Positions 8,758-18,472 of a stretch of 64,000 nucleotides of DNA are shown here, piece by piece. The DNA is from Rhodobiaceae bacterium. GTDB taxonomy: Bacteria > Pseudomonadota > Alphaproteobacteria > Rhizobiales > NORP267. The notes under the pieces were generated by a model. The model was not told the origin of the DNA. It did not search any database and saw only the letters and a program-made list of their open reading frames with translations. Position numbers and translations under genes: made by a program. The DNA lies in contig JAGRLG010000072.1 in the NCBI GenBank assembly GCA_020441905.1, positions 10,973-74,972 of the forward strand, in the 5' to 3' direction. Position 1 is the first letter of the stretch; each line of letters begins with the position of its first letter.

Positions 8758-8791
8758 AGTCTTGAATCCGAAAGAGGCAGGGAGGAAGTCC

Positions 8792-9901
8792 ATGGATGTG
8801 CGTGCCGCGGTGGCGTTCGAGGCCGGCAAGCCGCTTGAGGTGACGACGGTGAAACTGGAGGGGCCGCGGGCCGGCGAAGTGCTGGTCGAGATCAGGGCCA
8901 CCGGTATCTGCCACACCGACGAATACACCCGCTCGGGCGCCGATCCGGAAGGGATATTTCCCGCCATTCTCGGCCATGAGGGGGCTGGCGTCGTGGTCGA
9001 GACGGGCCCTGGCGTGACCTCGGTGAAGACGGGCGATCACGTCATCCCGCTCTATACGCCCGAATGCCGGCAGTGCGATTATTGCCTCAATCCGAAAACC
9101 AATCTGTGCCAGGCGATCCGCGAAACGCAGGGCGCCGGGCTGATGCCGGACGGCACCAGCCGTTTCTCCCATGACGGGCGCATGCTGCATCACTATATGG
9201 GCACGTCCACTTTCGCTAATTTCACCGTGCTGCCGGAAATAGCGGTGGCGAAAATCCGCAAGGACGCGCCCTTCGACAAGGTCTGCTATATCGGCTGCGG
9301 CGTCACCACCGGCATCGGCGCGGTGATCAATACCGCCAAGGTCGAGCCGGGATCGAACTGCGTCGTCTTCGGCCTTGGCGGCATCGGCCTCAATGTCATC
9401 CAGGGGCTGCGCCTGGTCGGCGCCGGCATGATCATCGGCGTCGATGCCAACCCGGCCAAGAAGGAATGGGGGGAGCGCTTCGGCATGACCCATTTCGTCA
9501 ACCCCAGGGAAGTCGAGGGCGATCTGGTGCCCTATCTGGTCAACCTGACCAAGGGCGGCGCCGACTACAGCTTCGAGTGCGTCGGCAATGTCAATCTGAT
9601 GCGCCAGGCGCTGGAGTGCTGCCACAAGGGCTGGGGCGAGAGCGTCATTATCGGCGTTGCCGGGGCGGGGCAGGAAATTTCCACCCGGCCGTTCCAGCTG
9701 GTGACGGGGCGGGTGTGGCGCGGCACGGCGTTCGGTGGCGCGCGCGGGCGGTCCGATGTGCCGAAGATCGTCGACTGGTACATGGATGGCAAGATCCAGA
9801 TCGATCCGCTGATCACCCACACCATGCCGCTTGAGGACATCAACAAGGGCTTCGACCTGATGCATGGCGGGGAATCAATTCGCTCGGTGGTCCTTTACTA
9901 G
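8792..9901 (+). CDS. frmA: S-(hydroxymethyl)glutathione dehydrogenase / class III alcohol dehydrogenase
   Basis: [17 protein letters not shown] and GLGGIGL motifs. 369 aa after trimming to ATG 8792, which is preceded by GGAGGA. Confidence 0.92.
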   Translation: MDVRAAVAFEAGKPLEVTTVKLEGPRAGEVLVEIRATGICHTDEYTRSGADPEGIFPAILGHEGAGVVVETGPGVTSVKTGDHVIPLYTPECRQCDYCLNPKTNLCQAIRETQGAGLMPDGTSRFSHDGRMLHHYMGTSTFANFTVLPEIAVAKIRKDAPFDKVCYIGCGVTTGIGAVINTAKVEPGSNCVVFGLGGIGLNVIQGLRLVGAGMIIGVDANPAKKEWGERFGMTHFVNPREVEGDLVPYLVNLTKGGADYSFECVGNVNLMRQALECCHKGWGESVIIGVAGAGQEISTRPFQLVTGRVWRGTAFGGARGRSDVPKIVDWYMDGKIQIDPLITHTMPLEDINKGFDLMHGGESIRSVVLY

Positions 9902-10149
9902 GCGATGGTCCGCCGCCCGCCGGGCCGCTCCGGTTTTGCCGGCATTTCGCGAGCAGGCGTTGAATCCGCGCCGGCAATCCCCAAATCAGGGAAGCGGCCG
10001 GGGCGCAGGCACATTGCCTGCTTTCCGGCGGTGGCCTATAACCCAACGGTATGGCTGATCGGCCGGCGCGCAGCCGACCGGCCCCGGCCAAGCCCTGCGT
10101 TGTGCGCAGCGACTGCTTCTTTTCACAAATCACGGAGAAACTGGGACAC

Positions 10150-11229
10150 ATGCCTTGGAACAATCAAAGCGGTGGTGGCGGCGGAGGCGGTCCCTGGGGT
10201 TCCGGACCTGGCGGCGGCGGGCCACAGCCGCCCGACCTTGAGGAAATGCTGCGCAAGGGGCAGGACCGGCTCAAGAGCGTATTGCCGAAAGGTGCCGGTA
10301 ACCGCTTTCTGGTGCCGGTGATCGCGCTGGCAGTGGGGGCCTTCTGGCTCAGCCAGGCGGTCTACCAGGTGCAACCGGAAGAGGTTGGCGTCGAGCTTTT
10401 GTTCGGCAAGGCCAAGGACGATCTTTCCGAGCCGGGCATTCACTTCCATTGGTGGCCGATCGAGACAGTGGAAACGGCGCCGGCGCAGGAAGAGAACCAG
10501 GAGAATATCGGCGTTTTCGCGGCCTCCAATTCGCGCCGCGTCGGCACCGATATGAGCCTGATGCTGTCGGGCGACCAGAATATCGTCGATATCGATTTCA
10601 CCGTGCTGTGGCGGATCAAGGATCCGCGCGCCTATCTGTTCAAGGTCGCAGACCAGCGCGCCGTGGTGAGGGCCGCCGCCGAATCGGCGATGCGCGAATT
10701 CGTCGGCCGCTCGCTGGCCGATGCGGTGCGCACTGACAATCGCGCCCAGGTCGAGGGCGCGGTGCGGACGCTGATCCAGACGACCCTCGATTCCTATGAT
10801 TCAGGTATCGTCATCACCGGCCTCAACCTGGAGCGCGCGGCGCCGCCGACCGAGGTTCTCGACGCCTTCGAAGAAGTGCAGCGCGCCGAGCAGGACCGCG
10901 ACCGCTTCCAGCAGGAGGCGGAAGCCTATGCCAACCGCCGCCTCGGCGAAGCACGCGGTGAAGCCTCGAAGATCGTCGAGGAAGCCAAGGCCTATAAGGA
11001 GCGCGTCATCGCCGAAGCGCAGGGCGAGGCGGCGCGCTTCATTTCGGTGTTCCAGGAATATGACAAGGCCCGGGACGTAACGCGCCAGCGCCTGTTCCTC
11101 GAAACCATGGAACGGATCCTCGGGCGCTCTAACAAGATCATCATTGAAAACGGTGCCGGCGGCTCCGGGGTCGTGCCCTATCTGCCGCTGCCGGAAGTCC
11201 AGAAACGCGCCAGCCAGGGAGGCCAGTGA
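10150..11229 (+). CDS. hflK: FtsH protease modulator HflK
   Basis: Gly-rich N-terminus (MPWNNQSGGGGGGGPWG), one TM segment, an SPFH/band-7 domain and a C-terminal coiled coil. Followed by hflC. Confidence 0.92.
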   Translation: MPWNNQSGGGGGGGPWGSGPGGGGPQPPDLEEMLRKGQDRLKSVLPKGAGNRFLVPVIALAVGAFWLSQAVYQVQPEEVGVELLFGKAKDDLSEPGIHFHWWPIETVETAPAQEENQENIGVFAASNSRRVGTDMSLMLSGDQNIVDIDFTVLWRIKDPRAYLFKVADQRAVVRAAAESAMREFVGRSLADAVRTDNRAQVEGAVRTLIQTTLDSYDSGIVITGLNLERAAPPTEVLDAFEEVQRAEQDRDRFQQEAEAYANRRLGEARGEASKIVEEAKAYKERVIAEAQGEAARFISVFQEYDKARDVTRQRLFLETMERILGRSNKIIIENGAGGSGVVPYLPLPEVQKRASQGGQ

Positions 11230-12122
11230 TCATGGGCAGCCGCTCGTCAATACTCGTAATCATCGTGCTTGCCATCCTTGGCATCGCCTATTCAGCTACC
11301 TTTGTCGTCACCGAGCGCGACCAGGCCATCGTCATGCGCTTCGGCGAAATCAAACGCGTCATCCGCACGCCGGGCCTCTATTTCAAGGTGCCGACCAATT
11401 TCGTCGATACGGTGCAGGTCATCGACCGGCGCATGTTGCGGATCGTCCTGGAGGACAAGGTGGTGCAGGTGCGCGACGGGCGCCAATATGTCGTCGATGC
11501 CTTCGCCACATTCCGTATCGCCGATCCGCAGCGCTTTCGCGAAACCGTGCAGGGCAACCTGTCCCAGGCCTCGACGCGGCTTCAGACCCGCTTCGATTCG
11601 GCGCTGCGCCGGGTCTATGGCCTGCGCGATTTCGATGCCGCGCTGTCCGAACAGCGCTCGCAGATGATGGACGAGGCGCGCGACCTCATCCGTCCCGAGG
11701 CGCTGGATCTGGGCATAGAGATCGTCGATGTGCGCATTCAGCGCACCGACCTGCTGCCGCAGGTTTCCAAGCAGACCTTCGAGCGCATGAGCGCGGAGCG
11801 CTTGGCGGAAGCTGCACAGCTGCGCGCCCTTGGCACCCAGGAATCGATCCGTATCCGGGCCGAGGCCGACCGCAAGGCGGTGGTCGAAATCGCCAATGCG
11901 CGCAAGCAGTCGGAAATCCTGCGCGGCGAGGGCGACGGCGAGCGCAACCGGGTGTTCGCCGGGGCGTTTTCGAAGGATCCGGAGTTCTTCGCCTTCTATC
12001 GCTCGCTCAAGGCCTATGAGGTTTCCACAGATAGCGGCGATACGACGATGGTGCTGTCGCCGGATTCGCAGTTCTTCCGCTATTTCGGCACACCGGCGGG
12101 GGCGCAGCCGCGGACGCAATGA
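11226..12122 (+). CDS. hflC: FtsH protease modulator HflC
   Basis: N-terminal TM segment plus an SPFH domain (ERDQAIVMRFGEI...PGLYFKVP). Overlaps the hflK stop. Confidence 0.92.
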   Translation: MIMGSRSSILVIIVLAILGIAYSATFVVTERDQAIVMRFGEIKRVIRTPGLYFKVPTNFVDTVQVIDRRMLRIVLEDKVVQVRDGRQYVVDAFATFRIADPQRFRETVQGNLSQASTRLQTRFDSALRRVYGLRDFDAALSEQRSQMMDEARDLIRPEALDLGIEIVDVRIQRTDLLPQVSKQTFERMSAERLAEAAQLRALGTQESIRIRAEADRKAVVEIANARKQSEILRGEGDGERNRVFAGAFSKDPEFFAFYRSLKAYEVSTDSGDTTMVLSPDSQFFRYFGTPAGAQPRTQ

Positions 12123-12304
12123 GCGACTTTCTCGCCGCGGCCGGCCTTGTCCTTGTCATCGAGGGGCTGCTTTATGCAGCCTTTCCCGGCGCCGTGCGCC
12201 GGATGATGGAGCTTGCGCGCGAGCTTCCGGACGCGCACCTTAGGGCAGGCGGACTTGGCGCCCTGGTTGCCGGCGTGGCGCTCGTCTGGCTGGTGCGCGG
12301 CTGA
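12119..12304 (+). CDS. DUF2065 domain-containing small membrane protein
   Basis: 61-aa ORF with two TM segments, overlapping the hflC stop. The hflKC-DUF2065 arrangement is typical of proteobacteria. Confidence 0.75.
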   Translation: MSDFLAAAGLVLVIEGLLYAAFPGAVRRMMELARELPDAHLRAGGLGALVAGVALVWLVRG

Positions 12305-12401
12305 AACCCGCCTTGAGGGCAGGGCGGCGTCTGGCGCCCTGGAGGCCTTGAGGCCCGTGAGGCCCCTGCGTCCCCGACGCGGCTCGGGAGCTGTGAGGAC
12401 T

Positions 12402-13931
12402 ATGCCGATGGCAGGATTCTTGTTTTGTCGCCGCGCTGGTGCCGCGGCCCTGGCGCTGGCACTGCTGGGCGGCGCCAGCGGCGCGCGCCTCGAGGCCCAG
12501 CCGGTACTCTCGCCCGGCAGCGGCGCCAGGCCGCCGGCGGCGGCACCGGCCGATCCCCAGGGCGATATCCGCCGCAGTTCCGATTTTCTCGCCGATCTGG
12601 CCCAGAACCTTCTCGATTCGGTGGTCAATATCTCGACCTCGCAGCAGCTTTCCGCGTCGCGGAGCGATCCCATCCCCGACGTTCCTGAAAGCGCGCCGCA
12701 CCGGGATTTCTTCGACGAATTCCACGAGCGCCAGCGGCGCGGCGACAATCTGCGCCGGGTGCAGTCGCTGGGCTCCGGCTTCATTGTCGATCCGCAAGGC
12801 ATCATCATCACCAACAACCATGTCATCGCCGATGCCGACGAGATCGTGGCCCGGCTGCATGACGGCACCAAGCTTGCGGCGCAGGTGGTGGGGCGGGATC
12901 CGCAAACCGACATCGCGGTGTTGCAGGTCAAGCCGGTCAAGCCGCTGAAGGCGGTCAAGTTCGCCGACTCCGACAAATTGCGGGTCGGCAACTGGGTGAT
13001 GGCGATCGGCAATCCGTTCGGCCTTGGCGGCTCGGTGACCATCGGCATCGTTTCGGCGCGCAACCGCGACATCAATTCGGGGCCGTTCGACGATTTCATC
13101 CAGACCGATGCCGCCATCAATCGCGGCAATTCCGGCGGTCCGCTGTTCAACCTCGACGGCGACGTTGTCGGCATCAACACCGCGATATTCTCGCCCACCG
13201 GCGGCTCGGTCGGTGTCGGCTTCGCGGTGCCCTCGAACATGGCTTCGAGCGTGGTCAACCAGTTGCGCACCTTTGGCGAAACCAAGCGCGGCTGGCTTGG
13301 CGTGCGCATCCAGGAAGTGACCGAGGATATCGCCGATTCCCTGAGCATGGAAAAAGCCCATGGGGCGCTGGTATCGGCGGTCAATCCGGACGGACCGGCC
13401 GCCAAGGCGGGCATCCGCCAGGGCGATGTAGTGATTTCCTTCGACGGCGAGAAAATCGCCGAGTTGCGCGACCTGCCGCGGATCGTCGCCGAAACGCCGC
13501 CGGGCAAGGAGGTGGAGGTCGTGGTGGTGCGCGGGGGCGAGGAAAAACGCTTCGTCATTCCCATTGGGCGCCTGGAAGACCGCGAAGCGGCAGCGGGCGG
13601 GCCGGACGGCGGCGACAAGGAGGCCACGCCTGCGAATATTCTCGGCCTGTCGCTTTCGCCCATCAACGACGACCTGCGCGAGCGCTTCATGATCGACGAC
13701 AAGGTCGAGGGCGTTGTGGTGACCGATGTCGATTCGTCGAGCAAGGCGGCGGAACGCGACTTCGCGCCCGGCGACACCATCGTCGAGGCGGCGCAGAGAC
13801 GGGTATCTGCCCCCGGTGATATTTCGCGGCGGGTCGAGGAGTTGAGGAAGCAGGGGCGCAGCACGATCCTGTTTCTCGTCGCCGATCCTTCCGGCGAGCG
13901 CCGTTTTGTCGCCCTGCCGCTGGACGAATGA
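12402..13931 (+). CDS. Do/DegP/DegQ-family periplasmic serine endoprotease with two PDZ domains
   Basis: Signal peptide, catalytic motifs HVIADA and GNSGGPLFN, then two PDZ-like segments. The start was trimmed to ATG 12402. Confidence 0.92.
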   Translation: MPMAGFLFCRRAGAAALALALLGGASGARLEAQPVLSPGSGARPPAAAPADPQGDIRRSSDFLADLAQNLLDSVVNISTSQQLSASRSDPIPDVPESAPHRDFFDEFHERQRRGDNLRRVQSLGSGFIVDPQGIIITNNHVIADADEIVARLHDGTKLAAQVVGRDPQTDIAVLQVKPVKPLKAVKFADSDKLRVGNWVMAIGNPFGLGGSVTIGIVSARNRDINSGPFDDFIQTDAAINRGNSGGPLFNLDGDVVGINTAIFSPTGGSVGVGFAVPSNMASSVVNQLRTFGETKRGWLGVRIQEVTEDIADSLSMEKAHGALVSAVNPDGPAAKAGIRQGDVVISFDGEKIAELRDLPRIVAETPPGKEVEVVVVRGGEEKRFVIPIGRLEDREAAAGGPDGGDKEATPANILGLSLSPINDDLRERFMIDDKVEGVVVTDVDSSSKAAERDFAPGDTIVEAAQRRVSAPGDISRRVEELRKQGRSTILFLVADPSGERRFVALPLDE

Positions 13932-13941
13932 TCCAGGAGCG

Positions 13942-14838
13942 CTAGCGGGCGAATTCGTCGAGGCGGTAGCCCTGGAGATAGAGCAGCGCGGTCAGATCGC
14001 CGTGGTCGATCCTGGCGCCGGCAATGGCCTGCACCTTGGGCTTGGCGCGATAGGCAATGCCGAGGCCGGCAGCCTTGAGCATCATGATGTCGTTGGCGCC
14101 GTCGCCGACCGCCATGGTTTCCTCGACCCACAGCCCGCGCTCCTCGCGCAGGCGGATCAGGGTCTGCCGCTTGGCGGCGGGGCCGACCAGCGGCTCGGCG
14201 ACGTCGCCGGAAAGACGCTCGCCGTCGAAAAGCAGGGTATTGGCATGGGTTTCGTCAAAGCCGATCTGCCCCGCGATCTTGTCGGTGAACAGGGTGAAAC
14301 CGCCTGAGACCAGGGCGCAATAGGCGCCATTGGCGCGCATGGTCGATACCAGCACCTGGGCGCCGGCCATGACGGTGATGCGGGTTTCGGCCAGATCCTG
14401 CAATTGGCGGCGCGATACACCCTTGAGCAGTTCGACGCGCTGGCGCAGCGCCACCTCGAAGGACCATTCGCCGCGCATGGCGAATTCGGTGATGCGGGCA
14501 ATCTTGTCCCTGATGCCCAGCAGATCTCCGATTTCATCGATGCATTCCTGCTCGATCATCGTCGAATCCATGTCGGCCACCAGCAGCCGCTTGCGCCGTC
14601 CGGTCAGCGAAACGGCATTGCAATCGACCGGCGCCTGGCCGAGGGCGGCGCGGGCGCGCTCGACGACAAGGTGCAGATCGTTGCCATTGGAGGGGGCAGC
14701 AAGCGGGATTTCACAGGCGATGCCCTCGCCAAGCCACAAAGGCTCGCCGTCTCCTGCGGCGGCGCGCACGGCGCCCGCCAATTCTTGCGAGAGGACGGGC
14801 AACGCGGGATTGGCAGTCAGGACAAGAACATGCGACAT
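13942..14838 (-). CDS. serB: phosphoserine phosphatase
   Basis: HAD motif DMDSTMIEQECID and a GDGANDIMM motif. The 705-aa track ORF is an artefactual 5' extension and was trimmed to ATG 14838 (MSHVLVL). Confidence 0.9.
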   Translation of the reverse strand: MSHVLVLTANPALPVLSQELAGAVRAAAGDGEPLWLGEGIACEIPLAAPSNGNDLHLVVERARAALGQAPVDCNAVSLTGRRKRLLVADMDSTMIEQECIDEIGDLLGIRDKIARITEFAMRGEWSFEVALRQRVELLKGVSRRQLQDLAETRITVMAGAQVLVSTMRANGAYCALVSGGFTLFTDKIAGQIGFDETHANTLLFDGERLSGDVAEPLVGPAAKRQTLIRLREERGLWVEETMAVGDGANDIMMLKAAGLGIAYRAKPKVQAIAGARIDHGDLTALLYLQGYRLDEFAR

Positions 14839-15810
14839 GAATGGCGCAACCTGGTGAGAGGTAATGACGTGGCGAGTGCCCCAGAGGCGATCCTTATTGC
14901 AGGACCGACAGCAAGCGGCAAGTCCGCTTTGGCCGTGGCGCTGGCGCAGCGCCATGGCGGCCTCGTCATCAATGCCGATTCGATGCAGGTCTACCGGGAA
15001 TTGCGGATCATCACCGCGCGGCCCGGCCGGCAAGAGGAGGCCGCCGCGCCGCACCGGCTGTTCGGGATCGTTTCGGCTGGCAGCAGGTTTTCCGCCGGGC
15101 GCTGGCTCAAGGCGGCGGAAGGGGCGATGGAGGAAGCGCGCAAGGACGGCCTGATACCGATCTTCGCCGGCGGCACGGGGCTCTATTTCAAGATCCTGAC
15201 CGAGGGTATCGCCGATGTTCCCGATGTTCCCGACAAGCTGGTCGATGACTGGCGCGGCGAGATGGCGCGCGTCGGGCCGCAGATGCTGCATGACATTCTG
15301 GCGCGGCGCGATCCGGAAATGGCGGCCCTGCTGGCGCCTGGCGACGGGCAGCGCATCATCCGCGCGCTGAGCGTGCTGGAGGCGAGCGGGCGCTCGCTGC
15401 TCGATTTCCAGCGCCTGCAGGCGGGACCGGCGCCACTGGCGCTGCACAGGTGCCGGGCGCTGTTTCTGGAACCCGAGCGCGGCTGGCTGCACCAGCGCAT
15501 CCACCGGCGTTTCGACGAGATGATCGCCGAAGGCGCGCTGGGGGAGGTGGCAGCGCTCAAGGCGCTCGATCTCGACCCGTCGCTGCCCGCCATGCGCGCG
15601 CATGGCGTGCCGGCGCTGCTGGCCCATCTGAACGGCGAAATGACGCTGGAGGATGCCATTGTCCGCGCCAAGACCGATACCAGGCGCTATGCCAAGCGGC
15701 AAAGGACCTGGTTCAGGACGCAGATGGCGGGGTGGGAAAGCCTCGAAACCGGGCCTGAGACGGCGGCGGAGGAACTCCTGGCGGCGGCCGGTCAGCGCCT
15801 TTCGGCATAG
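14830..15810 (+). CDS. miaA: tRNA dimethylallyltransferase
   Basis: P-loop GPTASGKS plus ADSMQVYRELRIITARP. The start is ambiguous: ATG 14830 overlaps the serB start by 9 nt, and GTG 14854 or 14869 are alternatives. Confidence 0.9.
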   Translation: MRHEWRNLVRGNDVASAPEAILIAGPTASGKSALAVALAQRHGGLVINADSMQVYRELRIITARPGRQEEAAAPHRLFGIVSAGSRFSAGRWLKAAEGAMEEARKDGLIPIFAGGTGLYFKILTEGIADVPDVPDKLVDDWRGEMARVGPQMLHDILARRDPEMAALLAPGDGQRIIRALSVLEASGRSLLDFQRLQAGPAPLALHRCRALFLEPERGWLHQRIHRRFDEMIAEGALGEVAALKALDLDPSLPAMRAHGVPALLAHLNGEMTLEDAIVRAKTDTRRYAKRQRTWFRTQMAGWESLETGPETAAEELLAAAGQRLSA

Positions 15811-15915
15811 AGCCATGCGGCGAATGCCGCGGCCAGGCCGGCGCCGTTTCTTTGCTTGACCGGGAAGGGGGCTGTGCTTAACGTGCCAAACACGAACCAA
15901 GAGGAAGGGTGCGCT

Positions 15916-16029
15916 GTGTGCATTCGATTTGAACTGGTAGTAGTAACGGGGCGCGCCACCGTGTCGGCTTGAGATAGCCGTCGCGAACGGTGGTGCGCAT
16001 GCAGGGGCCCTTTCAAGCGCCCCTTTTTT
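15916..16029 (+). promoter_or_regulatory. ilvIH leader-peptide transcription attenuator
   Basis: An 18-codon ORF, GTG TGC ATT CGA TTT GAA CTG GTA GTA GTA ACG GGG CGC GCC ACC GTG TCG GCT TGA (15916..15972), encodes MCIRFELVVVTGRATVSA and follows GAGGAAGGG. A 12-bp stem (15951..15962 with 15987..15998) overlaps the ORF end. The terminator AGGGGC-N10-GCCCCT plus a T-run lies at 16003..16029, 65 nt upstream of ilvI. Confidence 0.7.
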
Positions 16030-16094
16030 GTTGCCTGCAGCAGGTTGAAGGCGCCACATGGCGCGGGTGTGAATAGGACTTCAGGGAGTTGACG

Positions 16095-17873
16095 ATGAAA
16101 CGGGAAATGACGGGCGCGGAGATGGTCATCCAGGCGCTTGCAGATCACGGCGTGGAACACATCTTTGGCTATCCGGGCGGCGCCGTGCTCCCGATCTATG
16201 ACGAGCTTTTCCAGCAGGAAAAGGTCAAGCACATACTGGTGCGCCACGAGCAGGGCGCCGGCCACGCGGCGGAGGGCTATGCGCGCTCGACCGGCAAGCC
16301 GGGCGTCGTGCTGGTGACCTCGGGTCCGGGCGCCACCAATATGGTGACGGCGCTGACCGACGCGCTGATGGACTCCATTCCACTGGTCTGCATCACCGGC
16401 CAGGTTCCGACCCAGCTCATCGGCAATGACGCCTTCCAGGAGTGCGACACCGTCGGCATCACGCGGCCCTGCACCAAGCACAACTGGCTGGTGCGCAACG
16501 TCAACGACCTGGCGCGCATCATTCATGAGGCGTTTTACGTCGCCACCTCCGGGCGCCCCGGCCCGGTGGTCGTCGACGTGCCCAAGGACGTCCAGTTCGC
16601 CACCGGCACCTATACGCCGCCGCCGACCAGCGGCAAGAGCAGCTACAAGGGCTATGTGCCCCAGCTGAAGGGCAATATGGCCGCCATCCGCACCGCGGTG
16701 GAGATGATGGCCAAGGCCAAGAAACCGGTTTTCTATACCGGCGGCGGGGTCGTCAATTCCGGCCCCGAGGCCTGCCACCTGCTGCGCGAACTGGTGCGCA
16801 TGACCGGATATCCCATCACCTCGACGCTGATGGGGCTGGGGGCCTATCCCGGCTCGGACAAGCAGTGGCTCGGCATGCTCGGCATGCACGGCACATATGA
16901 GGCCAATCTGGCGATGCATGACTGCGACGTCATGGTCTGCGTCGGCGCGCGGTTCGACGACCGCATCACCGGGCGCATCGATGCCTTTTCGCCCGGCTCG
17001 AAGAAAATCCACATCGATATCGATCCCTCCTCGATCAACAAGAATGTCCATGTCGATCTGCCGATCATCGGCGATGTCGGCCATGTGCTGGAGGATATCC
17101 TGCGGGTGTGGCGCGACACGCAGCCCATTCCCGACAAGGCGGCGCTGAAGAAATGGTGGGGAAGAATCGAGGAGTGGCGGGAAAAGGACTGCCTCAAATA
17201 CCGGCCCAACGAGGACGTCATCATGCCGCAATACGCCATCCAGCGGCTCTATGAGGCAACGAAGAAGCGCGACACCTATATCACCACCGAGGTCGGCCAG
17301 CACCAGATGTGGGCGGCGCAGTTCTACCGCTTCGAGGAACCCAAGCGCTGGATGACATCGGGCGGCCTGGGCACCATGGGATATGGCCTGCCGGCGGCGA
17401 TGGGGGTGCAGGTCGCGCATCCGAAGAGCCTGGTCATCGACATTGCCGGCGACGCCTCGGTGCTGATGACCATGCAGGAGATTTCGACCGCGGTTCAGTA
17501 CCGCCTGCCGATCAAGATCTTCATTCTCAACAACCAGTATATGGGCATGGTGCGCCAGTGGCAGCAATTGCTGCACGGCAACCGGCTGTCGGAGAGCTAC
17601 ATGGAATCCATGCCGGATTTCGTCAAATTGGCGGAAGCCTATGGCGCCACCGGCATCCGCTGCCAGAAGCCGGGCGAACTGGATGCCGCCATCGACAAGA
17701 TGATTACCACCGACGGCCCGGTGATCTTCGACTGCCGGGTTGCCAATCTCGCCAATTGCTTCCCGATGATCCCGTCCGGCGAGCCGCATAACCACATGCT
17801 GCTCGGCGAAGACGCCGATGACGAGGACGCGATCGGCTCGGCGATCGGTGAAGAAGGCAAGGCACTGGTTTGA
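16095..17873 (+). CDS. ilvI: acetolactate synthase (acetohydroxyacid synthase) large subunit
   Basis: GYPGGAVLPIYD and the TPP-binding motif GLGTMGYGLPAAMG...NNQYMGMV. ATG 16095 lies 6 nt after AGGGAG. Confidence 0.95.
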   Translation: MKREMTGAEMVIQALADHGVEHIFGYPGGAVLPIYDELFQQEKVKHILVRHEQGAGHAAEGYARSTGKPGVVLVTSGPGATNMVTALTDALMDSIPLVCITGQVPTQLIGNDAFQECDTVGITRPCTKHNWLVRNVNDLARIIHEAFYVATSGRPGPVVVDVPKDVQFATGTYTPPPTSGKSSYKGYVPQLKGNMAAIRTAVEMMAKAKKPVFYTGGGVVNSGPEACHLLRELVRMTGYPITSTLMGLGAYPGSDKQWLGMLGMHGTYEANLAMHDCDVMVCVGARFDDRITGRIDAFSPGSKKIHIDIDPSSINKNVHVDLPIIGDVGHVLEDILRVWRDTQPIPDKAALKKWWGRIEEWREKDCLKYRPNEDVIMPQYAIQRLYEATKKRDTYITTEVGQHQMWAAQFYRFEEPKRWMTSGGLGTMGYGLPAAMGVQVAHPKSLVIDIAGDASVLMTMQEISTAVQYRLPIKIFILNNQYMGMVRQWQQLLHGNRLSESYMESMPDFVKLAEAYGATGIRCQKPGELDAAIDKMITTDGPVIFDCRVANLANCFPMIPSGEPHNHMLLGEDADDEDAIGSAIGEEGKALV

Positions 17874-17901
17874 GCACCGGACAGGGAAAAGGAACAACAA
17901 G

Positions 17902-18444
17902 ATGACACAACCAGGTTCGGCCTATTTTCTTTCCGACCGGCGCGATGTCGAGGAAACCCATACGCTCTCGGTCCTGGTCGATAACGAGCCGGGCGTGCTG
18001 GCGCGGGTGATCGGCCTTTTTTCGGGGCGCGGCTATAATATTGAATCGCTGACCGTGTCGGAAACCGAGCACGAGAAGCACCTGTCGCGCATCACCATCG
18101 TCACCACCGGCACGCCAATGGTGCTGGAACAGATCCGCCATCAGCTTGGCCGCCTGGTGCCGGTGCACCGCGTCACCGACCTCACCCATGAGGGCGCGCC
18201 GCTGGAGCGCGAGCTGGCTCTGGTCAAGGTCAAGGGCACCGGGGAGGCCCGCGTCGAGGCGCTGCGCATGGCCGATGCCTTCCGCGCCCAGGTGATCGAC
18301 GCCACCACCGAGCATTTCACCTTCGAGATCACCGGGCGCTCGGCCAAGATCGAGCAGTTCGTCTCGCTGATGCAGCCGCTCGGGCTGGTCGAGGTGGCGC
18401 GCACCGGGGTTGCCGCGCTGTGCCGCGGCGCCAAGGCGATGTAG
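17902..18444 (+). CDS. ilvH: acetolactate synthase small (regulatory) subunit
   Basis: ACT domain [33 protein letters not shown]. Trimmed to ATG 17902. Confidence 0.93.
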   Translation: MTQPGSAYFLSDRRDVEETHTLSVLVDNEPGVLARVIGLFSGRGYNIESLTVSETEHEKHLSRITIVTTGTPMVLEQIRHQLGRLVPVHRVTDLTHEGAPLERELALVKVKGTGEARVEALRMADAFRAQVIDATTEHFTFEITGRSAKIEQFVSLMQPLGLVEVARTGVAALCRGAKAM

Positions 18445-18472
18445 CCGGCAGGCGCGCGAAACGGGGGCACCA

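Noticed and set aside
12080-14131. 683-aa minus-strand ORF covering the degP region. Similar very long ORFs occur at 15792..17900(-), 18329..20290(-), 24896..26734(-), 32534..34423(-), 43323..45260(+), 47905..50382(+), 55500..57068(+) and 56414..57880(+).
   Set aside because: Each is antisense to, or frame-shifted over, a gene with unmistakable conserved enzyme motifs. Their translations are Arg/Pro/Ala/Gly/Ser-rich low-complexity strings with no recognisable motifs. This is the expected stop-codon-poor shadow of high-GC coding DNA.
14830-14838. Head-to-head 9-nt overlap of the serB (14838, minus) and miaA (14830, plus) start codons.
   Set aside because: This is probably an annotation ambiguity. 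miaA can equally start at GTG 14854 or 14869 without losing the P-loop. The sequence alone gives no way to decide.
13942-16059. 705-aa track ORF suggesting a large fusion protein ending in SerB. Similar 5'-extended track ORFs exist for thyA, frmA, hflK, degP, ilvH, pdxJ, ilvC, leuA, paaK, paaG, DUF934, DUF2849 and others.
   Set aside because: The N-terminal extensions are Arg/Pro-rich and overlap well-supported genes on the other strand, such as miaA. Internal ATG/GTG codons with SD-like sequences give proteins of canonical length.
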